This document shows, one piece after another, positions 24,580 through 37,921 of a stretch of 64,000 bases of DNA. Source of the DNA: Lytechinus pictus (lineage: Eukaryota); the NCBI RefSeq assembly GCF_037042905.1, contig NC_087251.1:13020001-13084000 (forward strand), read 5' to 3'. Under the pieces are notes generated by a model. It was given only the letters and a program-made list of their open reading frames with translations, was not told where the DNA came from and made no database searches. The translations under genes and the position numbers were made by a program. The first letter of the stretch is position 1. Each line of letters begins with the position of its first letter.

Positions 24580-25753
24580 TTAACTAGGACTTTTTGTGTT
24601 TATGTGCATGACCTGTTAGCATAAACGTGTTCAACAAGGGATTGTCGAAAGCGAAAGTTGAATTTGTAGTAGAAATCTGTATGATTATGAAAGATGATCA
24701 TATTATTGAAAGGCTAGTCTCAAAGTATTTTAGGCTTCTTTTGTTAAATATTGTCCTCGCATAGCAAATAGTTAATGAAGCATATTGGGTGGCGAGACTA
24801 TTCAAGCTTTATTTGCTTTGTAAGATGGCCAAAGGGGGCGTTTTGATCCGACTTCAGCCAGGCACTGGGGGGCAGGCAGGCACCCACCCGTTGAAATGGG
24901 GATTTCCCTCGGGAGAGAGAAGTTGGGGTGGTTAGGGGGTTGATGGGTGGTGCTGAAAGACGAGGGGTCAAGTCTGCTGTACAATCTGTATGATCATGTT
25001 TGAGCTATGCTCCTATCGATAGCACACCTCCTGTTGCAATTGCTCATTTACTCCCTTGTGACTCAATGATGTCATTGTCTCTCTCTCTCTCTCTTAAGGC
25101 GGTGGAGTCTTGAAATATTTCTTGTATGCAATTAAAATGAAAACAAAACAAGTTTTGACATACTTATCACTTTTAGAAGCAGCCATTTAGCTGTATCAAT
25201 AGGATTGCAAAAAGATCTTAGGCCTATATTTTGGGGTGGGCCTACTCAAGTTTAAATTTGGCTCAAATAAGTTTTTACATCATGGAATAACTTAAAGTTA
25301 ATGATGACATCCATTGGCGTGGTACCTGGGGATTTCCAACCTAACCCTTGTAATAATGAAAACACTAGCCAAAAATAAGACACTTAAATTACCAATAATT
25401 TTAGAATGAGATTTGTGGCATGCTATAATTCATTGAAAGCCAAATTCAAAACGAGGTACAAACACTGAGAGAACCTCCCTATTTATTTTCCTTCTATTGA
25501 ATTGGAAGATATGTATGCCTATTTAAAACTTTGAATCTGAAAGTCTGGGAGTACACCAAGAAATTGGACGAAATGTTTATATTCTTTAGTGGAAAAGAGT
25601 TTCATTGTAGAGCTGTCAATATTGTTATTTAAGGCCAATATCCTTTAATCATGGAGTATTATCTATTCACCATTTCAAATCATTGATTAAGTGTTTTCAA
25701 TTAAACCTTTGTACCCTGTAATTTCTCCTTTAAGTGAGAGCTTGAGCTACATA

Positions 25754-26257
25754 TATGCTTTTCACACTACTTTTTTTCCTTAACCCCGGGAAATTGGTGG
25801 GGCTAAGGGGGGGCCTTAGCCTTAGCCCCACTGATTTCCCGGGGTTAAGCTTAGCCCACTTCGTTTTCACACTATGTTTTAGCAAAGTGGGCTAGCACGG
25901 TAAATAGTACGGTACTATCTGGCCCTGCAAAAAGCAGGGTTAGCCGGCTTATTGTGGTGCTAGCACCACAATTGCGGTGCTAAGAGATGCAGTGTGAAAC
26001 GAAACTGGGCTAAGGAAAAGTTGGGCTAAGCAATAGCCAATCACAGAAGTCGAAATTGCACGTTAATCACGCTCTGTATGGTAAAACATCAATATTCATG
26101 ATCTGTGGGATAGTCCGGGGTTAAGGCGTTAACTCCGGCTAAGCAGATAGTATGGGGTTAAGAAAGACAGTGTGAATAAAAAAAAAAGATAGTATAGGGT
26201 TAAGGATAGTCCGGGCCCGATAGTATGGGGTTAAGGAAATGCAATGTGAAAAGCATA
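25754..26257. mobile_element. MITE (about 500 bp) with ggttaag/ggctaag internal repeats
   Basis: TIR tatgcttttcaca ... tgtgaaaagcata; ATA direct repeat on both flanks. Confidence 0.8.
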
Positions 26258-27160
26258 ATAGTGAATTGCTATAAAACGTTTCAAGCATTGAACAAAAATA
26301 GTACGGATCACGTTTGATATTAGATGAATAGGCAGATGAGCTTCTATTTAAAAATATTCTTTATCTATATAAGCAGTCAAGATTGTTAAGTAGTAATATG
26401 AGCAAATTTCAAAGAAAAAGATTCTTGAATGGCTTATGATTTTGTGATATACCCGGTATGTCCTAAAATAGAACTCTTCTTTTTTAAGGGGAGGGGTCTT
26501 AATTCTTCTTATTCAAAGCTGATGATACCAATGTGTGATGACAACACCCCATTTAATTGCTTGATAGCCTTATAATTGATGCAAATATCTCAATTTACTT
26601 GTACATGGTATCTTCTATTGACAGTGGTCCATGAATCATCACTGGGAATGTTGGCAATGTTTTCACCAAGGGTTATTTACCCTTAAACAAGCAACCCTCC
26701 CCTGTCTTTCGTTACAGAAGGAGGTGTTGACATCTACCTCTGCATGGGCGCTCTATTGATCGGTTATTAAAGGCTGGAGTTTTGTATTTTGCCCTCCTCC
26801 ATCAAAGCTCAAATGCAGTTCACATCTGTCTAAATGTTTCACATGAAACTGCGTTTTGATACTTGATTTCCTAATCTCCTCTATCGACCCAATCATATTT
26901 ATTTCCAGCAGCTAAAGTTGCGAAAATTTTGAAATCAAAGTTCTCAGGGGCTCTTTTCTCATATATCTGAGCATCTAGAATGGCTAGTGCCACAACAGTG
27001 TGTTTTATTTAGCAATGCTTTTGTATTGTTGGTCGAGCTACTCAATTTAATGTTGAAAAAAGTGCGCCTTGTCCAAATCCCTCATAGGGTAAAGAATCTG
27101 ATGAGAAACAAAATTACTTAGGGTATTTGGAAGATTTTCGTAGTCTGCATGTAGTTGAGT

Positions 27161-27728
27161 CGGGGGGGGGGGGGGGCACTTCTATTGACGGGTGGATACC
27201 ATGCGCGACCATGGGGTCTCGAAAATCACCCTAAACAAGTATTTTCCATACAGTGTATTCTGAAAATGCACCCCTTAACAAGTATTGGTGTGTGAAACCC
27301 TACCCTTAAGAAGTATTGGAAACAAAACGATACCCTTGGCAAGTATTCCCTGAATTGAAGTACAGTGATATTTTAATTGTTATGTCACGGACGTCGGTTT
27401 TACCTTATTACCTATATCATTGGGTTTAGTACCTCCTACGCCTCGCGCAAATCTGACTCTAAACAAGTAGTGTTGACTGCTGGGGCAAAAAGTACGTCCT
27501 TTATAAAACATTTTAGTCTTTTTCATACCCTTGCAAATATGACCCTAAACACGTAGCTTTACTAGCGAAAAAGATACCCCTTTTTCTTTATTTTAGTGTT
27601 TTTAACACCCTTATTACGTTACGTACATAACGTGCCCTATCTGGAAAAAGACATCCTTTTTAATACGTGCTGTTTGGTCGCGCATGGTATCCACTCGTCA
27701 ATGTAAGTGCCCCCCCCCCTCCCCCCGG
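27161..27728. mobile_element. MITE with C/G-run TIRs and an 8-bp TSD
   Basis: TSD agttgagt (27153-27160 and 27729-27736); TIR cggggg..gcactt..attgacg.gtggataccatgcgcgacca. Confidence 0.88.
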
Positions 27729-28658
27729 AGTTGAGTGGAAAAATTGTGAGAATGGTCATCAAAATCCCATGTTCCCATAGCATGATGAATTCAAATGTCC
27801 TTCCCCCCTTGATCCCCACCAAGCCAAAGTACTGTCAATCTGCAGGATAAACATTTGATAATCTTAAAAACTCTATTGATTAGAGAGTGGGAAAAGATTT
27901 GAACCTCCAACCTTGTAGAGATTTAAAGCGAAAGAAGATTTGCCACTCGAATTTATCATTAGTCTTCATATGATCTTCCTATTCCAAAATTCTTGGGGAA
28001 TCATCAGGAACAGGATTGAATCTGAGAAATCATGAGGAGTTTAGAAGGACTGTCATCATCAGCCTGAGTTTTACATCATCTGCCTATTTCTGATCTACAT
28101 TAGCAATCAATCCTCTCAGACCCAGCTTGTGCATATTTGTACCATGGAGCTTTAGCTTCATGTTTGTACTAGGTGGATCTTGCAAACTAAATGTAGAAGC
28201 ATGGAGCTATAAAACACAGATAGCTTCATGGTAGAAGTAGCATATCAGCTTTTTGATGTTATCAAAGCTCTGTATGATTTATATGCTTTTTAATTCCTCT
28301 GTATGTCACCGAGCAAAAAAAAACTTGTTAATGCGCTGCATGCAATCAGATGGGTACAATATATATTTATTGAGTTTCCTCTCAAGATACAATCCTTAAT
28401 TCACTTTTTTCCTTAAATAAGTTCAAAATAACATGCTACATGTAGTTCGCAAATTATTCCATCTATTACATGTAATTCATAGGTGACAATACACTTTTGT
28501 TTTGGCTTGGAATTATGTATTCGTAATACCATAAATGGGCATGCTCCACAGTACAAGGTCATATTCTATTCCTCAAAGAAGAATACCCCTTTTGAGCTGA
28601 TGGAGACAGGATCTGTTGGAATCTTGAGGATTGAGATAAGGATTGGTCTGGAGGCCCC

Positions 28659-28768
28659 AAAGAGTTGCAATTAATTCAAGTCAAATTCATATTGCAATCA
28701 ATCTCTTAACTACCTAAATTTAGATCAATTGCAATTTGAGATTGATTTGAATTTATTGTAACTCTTTG
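28659..28768. mobile_element. Degenerate palindromic MITE
   Basis: aaagagttgcaattaattcaagtcaa ... ttgatttgaatttattgtaactcttt. Confidence 0.55.
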
Positions 28769-29984
28769 TGACATTGGGTCTGATGGAAGTGTATCTAGAA
28801 AAGAAGAGAGTGAAATAAAAAATGCAGGTTAGACATGGACCTAGTCATGGTTAGACTGATGATGAAGGGAAATACCCTAGAGGACCAGGATTTCTGCTTT
28901 GTATTCTCCCAGAAGTCATTATTTATTCTTATGTCTGGCCTTAGCATTAGAGAACTCCTCTCATAAACAACCCACAGATTAACGGAGGTCGATGACCTTT
29001 GATTCGATCCTATTCGCTTGCTTGAAATCTATAATAGGTTTCTTGTATCATTTTCAACCACATTCCCCTTGGTAGTGTAATCCTGAACCATGCATACACT
29101 ATTGAATTCACAAATCAAATGCTACAATTTTGTATGCATTTAGCTTTTGGGGGTGTGGTGATCAATGTATGTTACTAATAGGCAAAAGAAAATATTGTTT
29201 TATATCCAGGGGGGCTACATTTCTCAATCTACTGCCTAAATCTATAACATGCACACAGTCATGATAAGCTTAAACATTGCAGTGATCAGGGATTTTCCAG
29301 AGCTCTTTTTGGTATTTCAGGGGTAATATCGCCTAAGCCCCAGTGTATATTTTCCTGGTTACTGATGTTGAGCATGTTTCAAGGAAAATGACAATAAATA
29401 TGTAGTCTTAGGTTATATACAAATATTGGTGAACTCTTATGGTACCTCCTGTAATATGAAAATATGAAGAAGAAGAAATACTTACAATTATGGTAATTTT
29501 AATGAAAAACAGTTTGCTAAAATGAAGTTTGTTATTATTGTGATAAATAGCTGATCGCTGACCTGGGCATTTCCATACTGTGGATGGGAAATTTAACAAA
29601 TCAACAAACAAAATAAATTGATACTGAAATTCTTCTCTGTGAAAAAAAAGAAAACCAAATGAAAACTAAAACCAATGAATTTGATCACAGCTTCATCACT
29701 GAACATGCATAGATTACATGTATTTTGGTGCCTGTTTTGAAGAAACTGCTGGAGGTAGTACAGGTAGTATCTATAAATTTGGCTATTTGATCCCATGATC
29801 CCAACTTTGATGATTAATGGCATACATTGGTCACAGTCTTTTATCAGCAGGGGCAGAACATGAAGGTGCCCCCCCCCCCTGTTTCAGTTTTCACTAACCT
29901 TTGGTTTATTTGTGACCTGAATTATCATTGTTATTTCAAGATGATTTCATTCCTTGTTGAATTCAAGGTTTTATAAGATTGCTG

Positions 29985-30127
29985 TATTTAGAATACTATC
30001 AATTTTCAATTTATGGATGATATCAATCTTTATTTTGCAACTTTCTTTCCAGAAATGCATTTAGATTACTATTAACTTTCAATTTGTGGATGTCAATTTT
30101 TATTTTGCAACTTTGTTTTCAGGAATG
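29985..30127 (+). repeat. Tandem duplication (about 72 bp x2)
   Basis: atttaga.tactat.aa.tttcaattt.tggatg...ttattttgcaacttt appears twice. Confidence 0.75.
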
Positions 30128-30931
30128 TAGGATATATCACAGGGTCTTACATGTTATAACAGTTTAAGTCTATTTAATATTATCCAGGTCTGTATTAATG
30201 CTAAAACATGTAAATGTATTGCTTACATACATGTATAAATTCAAAGTCATCAAAGTTCTTCAAATTATTTGAAGTAATCAACAAACCACATAACTTTACC
30301 ACAGGTTGAGTACAAAACAGAAATGTAATTAAAATGTAATAATGATAAAAAAATGTTTTTATTCAAATCATTGCTCAAGCATCTGGCCTTTTAAATAAAA
30401 TATCTTTTCTGTGTGTGAACACAGGTCTTGAGAATGATGGATTATAAAAGACAATAAGAACCATGAAAGTGTACATTTGGCATCCACACCACTTTAAATG
30501 ATGGGCTTAACATAAAATTCAAATACGAGGAAAGGAGATATGAATTTGAGCCATGTTTTATGACATAAAGGGCCAAGTCATGATTTCCGTTGAGTTCCGT
30601 TATTGCAATGAAATTATTTACGATTTATGCAAGAAAAAATACACATGTACAAAGATGAGGAAATCACAATTTTTTAATGTGATATATTTCAAGGAATCAA
30701 AATCTTTATAGAAATGGAGGGGATGTATCCTTAATTTTATTCAATCATTTATGTCTCAATGTACGCTACATGTAGGCCGTACATGTACATGTATGTACAT
30801 GGTATCTTCTGGGCAGGCAATCTCTGGTAAAACACAATTGTATTGTGGTTTTTAACAGGTTTGTGGTTGTTAGGTTTGATTCACTTTTTTTTTGTTGGTA
30901 TATTTCATAGTACAAACTCAGTGAAAATTGG

Positions 30932-31394
30932 GAGCAGTTTTGGTCAATTGTCATTTTACCTTATTATCAATAATAAAGGAAGATATGTATGACTAATGAA
31001 AATATTTTTCACAAAATTAAAATGATCAAGATGACTTGAAACACTAAAATTACTGGTACATGAAAGTTATGATATCTGCCAAGTTCCGGCCGTGGAGGTT
31101 AACGCGTAATAGTTCGTCCAGAAAGTGTTCCACCAGGTGTGAAGTATAAACCAACAATTATTTTGAGCAGTTTTGGTCAATTGTCATTTTACCTTATCAA
31201 TAATAAAGGAAGATATGTATGACTAATGAAAATATTTTTCACAAAATTAAAATGATCAAGATGGCTTGAAACACTAAAATTACTGGTACATGAAAGTTAT
31301 GATATCTGCCAAGTTCCGGCCTTGAAGGTTAACGCGTAATAGTTCGTCCAGAAAGTGTTCCACCAGGTGTGTAGTATAAACCAACAATTATTTT
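30932..31394 (+). repeat. Recent tandem duplication (233 + 230 bp)
   Basis: Copies start at 30932 and 31165; nearly identical (one 3-bp indel and a few substitutions). Confidence 0.95.
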
Positions 31395-32757
31395 GACATA
31401 TGAAGGGATGTTATTTTCATGGACAAAATGAAATCATCACTTGCTTAGGTTGTAAAAACTGTCTGGCACATTGCCCACCTGTCTGACTCTCCCTGCGCAT
31501 GTGATAATGATATGTTATCAAAGTATCATTATCGATCTAAGATTGTGATCAATAGTCTAGGGAAGCCTTTTGAACTATGATATTTGAGATGGCTTAATTT
31601 TCTATTCAACCGTGAATTTTGTATCATATGCATCCAAAATGATCATGGATGAATAAAGCACACTTTCAGAGGTCCTATCAATATTAAATTTATGTGATTA
31701 GGTTTTAAGGATTGAATGGGAAACCTGAATATTAACTTGGTTTTTAAAGTTCTAGCAATTTAACAATGAAATATGTTCTCACACAATTTACAGTCATTCA
31801 TGCATTTAATATAGACATCTTAATTAAACTGATAAAGAAAATTAATTAATGTTCGGATTTTTTTTGTAAAGGGTGGGCCTATATTTCTGAGAGGATCTAA
31901 TTTCATCAGAAACGGTGCCTTCTACCAATGTCTCAGTGTTTTTGTTCGATTTACTAGAGCATTTATTGACAACCTATCCTTTCATTATTGTGCTTTTGAT
32001 AAATTGATTATTTTCTTATGATCTTGTGTGAAATGAATGTTTGATTACAGGAACAGGAACATCCCCTTTTATTATTACCCCCCCCCCCCCCCATCGGACT
32101 CATCCTCTATTGCATCTCTGAACAATTGCTCTTGAATCTTTTTGTTCTTGTAACATTCTCACCCCCCCCCCTCATCATAGTTCACCTATTTCTCTCCTTG
32201 CTTGCCTGTGCTGTTTTCTTCTTCACCGATGCACAATCAATCGCATTCCCTGGTGTCACACAGAAGTGCAGGAAGCCTCTGAGATATTCTTTATTCTCAT
32301 AAAAAATTATTTTGCCCCTCTCTTTCTTCTTCCATCTCTGTATTTTCCCTCTTGGCGAGATGCCTGGGCAAACTCTTGGTAAATGAAGACAGCCCAATGA
32401 AGGAAATTTTTATTTACTTCGTCTCCCAAGAGTGTCTGGTTTCATCTTCCATGTATACTCTGCACTAATGATATCATTGGCAAAGAATGTTTAGAGGGTC
32501 ACTTTCACAAGTTCAGAAGCAGTTAAGCATAGTCACCCCTGCCCAACTGGGAAAATATTGCTATCTTTTAAAAACTATTTCAGGCATCAAAATACCTGCT
32601 GATTTTTTTTTGCACCTTCAAACCCCTATAAACTAAATAAGGTCCTTATAGGTATGAATCTGTAACAAGAATTTGTCATGTTGATGCAAGAACGCCCTTA
32701 CGCAATGCACTCATGTGCCCTGCTAAGGGCATGCGAGACACGAAAGTGTGTTGTTAA

Positions 32758-32919
32758 TACCTCTGTCCCATTTACTCTACGGCGGCCGTACAGCGAGTCG
32801 AAAACAGCCGTTTTAACATTTTTTGTACCAGCTATACATAGGTGGTTTGAATAAAAATGAATAAAACGGCTGTGTTCGACTCGCAGTACGGCCGCCGTAG
32901 AGCAAATGTGACCGAGGTA
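32758..32919. mobile_element. PIF/Harbinger-like MITE, copy 2 (TAA TSD), inverted relative to the 16003 copy
   Basis: taa|tacctc.gtc.cattt.ctctacggcggccgtac ... gtacggccgccgtagagcaaatgtgaccgaggta|taa. Confidence 0.82.
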
Positions 32920-33796
32920 TAAGGGTGTTCTTGCACCGACATGACAAAGTTCACATTCCTGTAGCAAAGGATGCACATTCTTCTTTCTTTGTATAGAAAT
33001 TTACTGCATACATGTACATGTATATCTCTGCTGTCTTGGGGGAATTCCTGCAACATTCATTGTAATATTGAAAAAGTTCTCTATATTCTTTCAGGCTATT
33101 TTATAAACTTTGCTTTCACAAATCTATCTTTTTCTGTTCGGGGTAGTATATTTTATTATTAAATTTGATGTTGATTTTGCTTTCCTTGGTCAATAGCACT
33201 GAAATATTCAGTAATTTTTCTAATTTCACAAATATTTCCATGGGAGTTGCCCTCCTTGGCCTTGTTTGTTGTCATCAAGTGTTTAGCAGCATGGTCCTGG
33301 AAACCTCCCAAACCTCTGTCTGTGAAAACTGGCCCTCTTTTCAGCCCAACCACCACTCTCTCGCTCCAGTTGACATAGGGTTAATGATTAACGGTAGCAT
33401 GGGACATAACATGACCTGATAGGACGTGTCAATATTGACATCCTCTGTTGGGGTTTCACTGGATACTCCCCCCTCCCTCTCTCTTTCTGTATGCCTGATG
33501 ATATGATGAACCCTTGGAGAATTGATTAAATTATAATTTTTGTGCGTTTATAAGGCAGGCCTAATACACTCTTTTCTATCTGATGTGATGATGTGGTAAG
33601 ATAGTTTGTGGTTTGGCTTGGTATATGTTGGCTAATCTAAAGACCTGGAAAATAACATGAATAGCGATTATTATCAAAATTCTGCATACATGTAGTTTTT
33701 TACGATTTTTTAAACGGAAATAGTTTTGAAAAATCCTGAAATTTGCATCAACTTGAGAAATTCCAAGTTACGTCATTTCTACCCCACAAAATGTCA

Positions 33797-35698
33797 TTTT
33801 TAGCTTGTGGCGTGTCGTCCGTCGTCTGTCATCCGTCCACAATTTCAAAATGCTTCTTCTTCGCCATTTCAAGTCCGATTTCAATTCTGTTTGCTTTTTA
33901 TGATAGCACTAGGTGGGGGATTGAAAACTTCTACACAGAATTTTGAAACTCATTAAATATGCTAATTTATGCACATTTTCAAAATTCACAAAAAATGCTT
34001 CTTTATTTGTTGACTGATTTTAAATTTTTTGCTTCCATCTGGTAGAGCTTCATGAGGTCAACCAAACTTCTACACAGAATTTTGAAATTTTGACTAGAAC
34101 AATTTTTATGCTAATTTACATGTATGCGAAATTAAATTATGTATATTTTTAAAAATTCACATAAAATGCTTCTTCTTTATTTGTTGACCGATTTTGATTT
34201 TTTTTCTTCCATCTGGTAGAGCTTCATGGGGTTCATGGAACTTCTACATAGAATATTTTAATTTGGAGTAGAAATTATTTATGGCAATTTATGCGAAATT
34301 CATAAATCACAGAAAATGCCTCTTTATTTGTTGACTGAATTTCAAAATGCTTCTTCTTCGTCATTTCATGTCTGATTACAATTCTTTTTGCTTTATATGA
34401 TAGCATTAGGTGGGGGATTCAAAATTTCTACACAGAATTTTGAAACTCATTAAATATGCTAATTTATGCGTATTTTTAAAAATTCACATAAAATGCTTCT
34501 TCATTTTTGTTGACTGATTTTGATTTTTTTTTCTTCCATCTAGTAGAACTTCATGAGGTTCACCAAACTTCTACACAGAATTTTGTAATTTTCAGTAGAA
34601 AATTATTTATACTAATTTATGCAAAATTTATTCATAAATCACAGAAAATGCCTCTTCTTTATTTGTTGACCGATTTTGATTTTTTTTCTTCCATCTGCAT
34701 GAGGTTCACCAAACTGGTACACAAAATTTTGTCTAGAAAATTATTTATACTAATTTATGCAAAATTTATTCATAAATCACACACAAAAAAGTTTTTTCTT
34801 CTTCATTTGTCGATCAATTTCAATTTTGTTTGCTTTATATGATAGCTCGAGGTGGTGATACAAAATTTCAACACAGAATTTTGAAACTCATTAAATATGC
34901 TAATTTAGGCGCATTTTTCAAAATTCACAAAAAATGCTTTTTTTGTTCTCCGATTTTGATTTTTTTGCTTCCTTCTGGTAGAGCTTCATGAGGTTCACCA
35001 AACATCTACACAGAATTTTGTAATTTTGACTAGAAAATTTTGTATGCGTAATTAATTTACATGTATCTGTATTTTTAAAAATTCACATAAAATGCTTCTT
35101 CTTCTTAGATAATTGTTGACCGATTTTGATTTTTTCTTCTTCTATCTGGTAGAACTTCATGAGGTTCACCAAATTTCCACATAGAATTTTGAAATTTTGA
35201 CTAGAAAACTATTTATGCTGATTTATGCTAATTTTATTCATAAATCACAAAGAAAAGCTTTTTCTCCATTTGTTGATCAATTTCAATTTTGTTTGCTTTA
35301 TATGATTGCTCTCGATGGGGAAATAAAATTTCAAGATTTTTGAAACTCAAGACATTAAATATGCTATTTTATTTTCAAAATTCACAAAAAATATTTTTTG
35401 TTGACTGATCTTGATTTTTTTTGTTCCATCTGAGAGCTACATGTACATGAGGTTCACCAAGGTTCTACACAGAATTTAGAAATTTTGAATAGAAAATTAT
35501 TTATGCTAATTTATACACAATTTATTTATAAATCACAAAAAATGCTTCTATGTCATTTCTTCATCGATTTCAATTCTGTTTCCTCAATTTTTGTCACCAA
35601 TATAATTCACTACAGTGTCAATTGAGCTGAAATTAAAAATTGTGTTAAATTTTGTTGCGAGATGCCGGATGAGCTCCACATCATTGATGTGCTAATTG
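33797..35698 (+). mobile_element. Second Helentron-type (HINE-like) element with a satellite-like array of about 1.7 kb
   Basis: 5' tttttagct plus a (GTCC/GTCG) microsatellite; about 11 monomers averaging roughly 150 bp that carry acttctacacagaattttg; 3' gatgagct plus hairpin cacatca-t-tgatgtg (35677-35691). Confidence 0.75.
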
Positions 35699-37012
35699 AA
35701 AGAATTTTTACTTTCTTTTTCTTGCTTTGATTGCTCCAAAAACATTCAAAATAATTCTGTGATAGTAGCATTAAAAGGGAGATGTTATTTTTGCTGATTA
35801 GGAGAAGAATCCGTGACAATTTATCAAATCCTTACACAATCTCATGATTTATCAAGCTTAAATCTGTATTTACTCATAAGTAGGTGTGACAAAAAATCTC
35901 ATTTTTGCACAGGGAATAATATAAGGATTTAGGCCTTGTATACTTATCATTTGGTGAAATTAGAATGATCGCCATTTTAGTATCATTTCAGTTTTGTCAT
36001 CCCCAAATAAGCATTTCTCTTAATAATAATGGTATTTCCAGCTTAATCTGATAATTTCACATTTCTGAATTCCCATTTTGTCAATTATGGTCTGAAAATA
36101 ATAAGCATTCATATTCAGTGCAGAGTATAACTGACTATCAAAGCGCTCTTTAGGTTACTGAATCTTCTCTTTGAAATGAGATCAAAACATTTTTTACCTT
36201 TGAATAGTTAAATGAAAAGAAATAAAGCAAAATGGTCTAACGACCATGAAAGTTGTTACTAGCTAAATACCATTTCTCAGCATGCGACAGCTTACTCCAT
36301 CTCATTCTCAGCATGAATTGCAGTTTATTTATGATGCTATTGACAATTTGCAATGAGAGGTGTGAAATGAAATATTTCTTGTGTTTGTTAACTTTGTTTT
36401 CTCAACACTGCAATATTTGATACTATTGAATTAAATGCATTATAAGAAAATCTCTCTTTGAGTGTTCCAAAACATGAATGATTTCCCTTAGTTGATGAAA
36501 TGAATATTAAAATTGAATTGAATGGAATGTGAATATTCACTGTACTTGAAATTATTGTGACATTACCCATGTTACATATGGAATGCAAACGAATTTCATG
36601 CCTTATACCATGCATATATACAGTCAGACTGCAGGTCCCAAGAAAGTGGCTTGTTTCATACAAGTGATATTCATGACTTGAGATGTTTTGCATATTTAAT
36701 GAGCTTGATGCGGACCAAAACACCTCTTTTCATTCGGTCATTGCTGCTCTAATTGTGCATCGAATTTCATGAATTTGGTACCATTGTAAAGAAGAAGAAT
36801 CATTCTTTCAGGTCATGTGTTTGGATTTATTCAAAGATTTTGTAATATAGGTTAAAATTTTGATCTAAAATATGCTACAAAATAAATATTTTCACCTGAC
36901 AAAAGCTGCTATTTTCACACTTTATTTTTGTTTGAGCCCAAATGATTTTTTTATCATGATAAAGCTGAATATGTATGCTTTGAAATGATATAGGTTTCAA
37001 AATAAGAATTGG

Positions 37013-37308
37013 TTTAATCGGGTCAAGATCACAGTTTTCATTTGCCAAGTACATAAAGCAGCTTGAAAACAAGAATACTGCACTCTGATTGGTCAAAGAG
37101 ACCGCACACTGGCAAATTCCAACGGTTCCAGTGCCTGGGTTTGTGGGAAGGTCACACTTCCCATGTGGTAATCTCCTCAAATACCCCGCGCCTGTTGTTC
37201 TGTGAATCTTATCCAGCCAATCAGAACTCTGGATTTCATGCAAGTACAAAATTTCAGAAATCTCGTCTTGTACCTTGGTGGGAAAAGTGTGATCTTGACC
37301 CGATTAAA
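37013..37308. mobile_element. MITE with 21-bp TIRs, nested in a larger degenerate repeat (about 36700-37680)
   Basis: tttaatcgggtcaagatcaca / tgtgatcttgacccgattaaa; internal inverted ctgattgg/ccaatcag. Confidence 0.7.
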
Positions 37309-37921
37309 AGGTGCTGCATATCAAGAGTGGCATTGTGAGAAAGTACAGACGTTCAGCTTTATGTTGATATAAATATCATTGAGGCTCAAAATAAAAAGTT
37401 TTGCACAATTTGCAAAAGAAAACAGAGGAAGAAAATTCAGTTTTGAGGCACATTTTCAGGCCAGAAATTTACTTATTTAAAAAAATATTGTATACAAAAT
37501 AAATGACCAATATGAAAGATTAACTTTTACTCTATCTGATGGTGCAATAATATTTCATTTAACTTGAGGTTAAAACAGGTAAATTCTTAGAGAAAGAATA
37601 TCTCACGAATCACGAGATTTTGCAAGGAGGAGGATTCAGCCACGAGATGATTTGGATGAATCTGGCCTTTTTGCTCATTAGCATAGGGACCTGCGGTCTG
37701 ACTATATAATGACAATGTTATGTGTATATTTAGTGCTTTATATGACTGTCTCGTGGGTGAAGGAGCAAAAAATATGAAGTTACATACCTTTTATTGATAA
37801 AATTACAAATAAAAACAGTTATGTGTTGTCATGATATAGTCCATAAAATGCATTGATTGTTACTGAGTTGTTTGTACTCAAATATGGAAATTATTAAAAA
37901 CTCACTCTTTTTTAAACTTAA

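Noticed and set aside
33503-33585. Intronic C/D snoRNA (ATGATGA ... CTGA about 80 nt apart)
   Set aside because: No convincing terminal stem or recognisable rRNA guide; both boxes are common by chance in AT-rich DNA.
36700-37680. Sola-type element (GAG...CTC ends)
   Set aside because: The terminal match is only about 7 bp and no direct TSD is present, so the superfamily call is unsupported.
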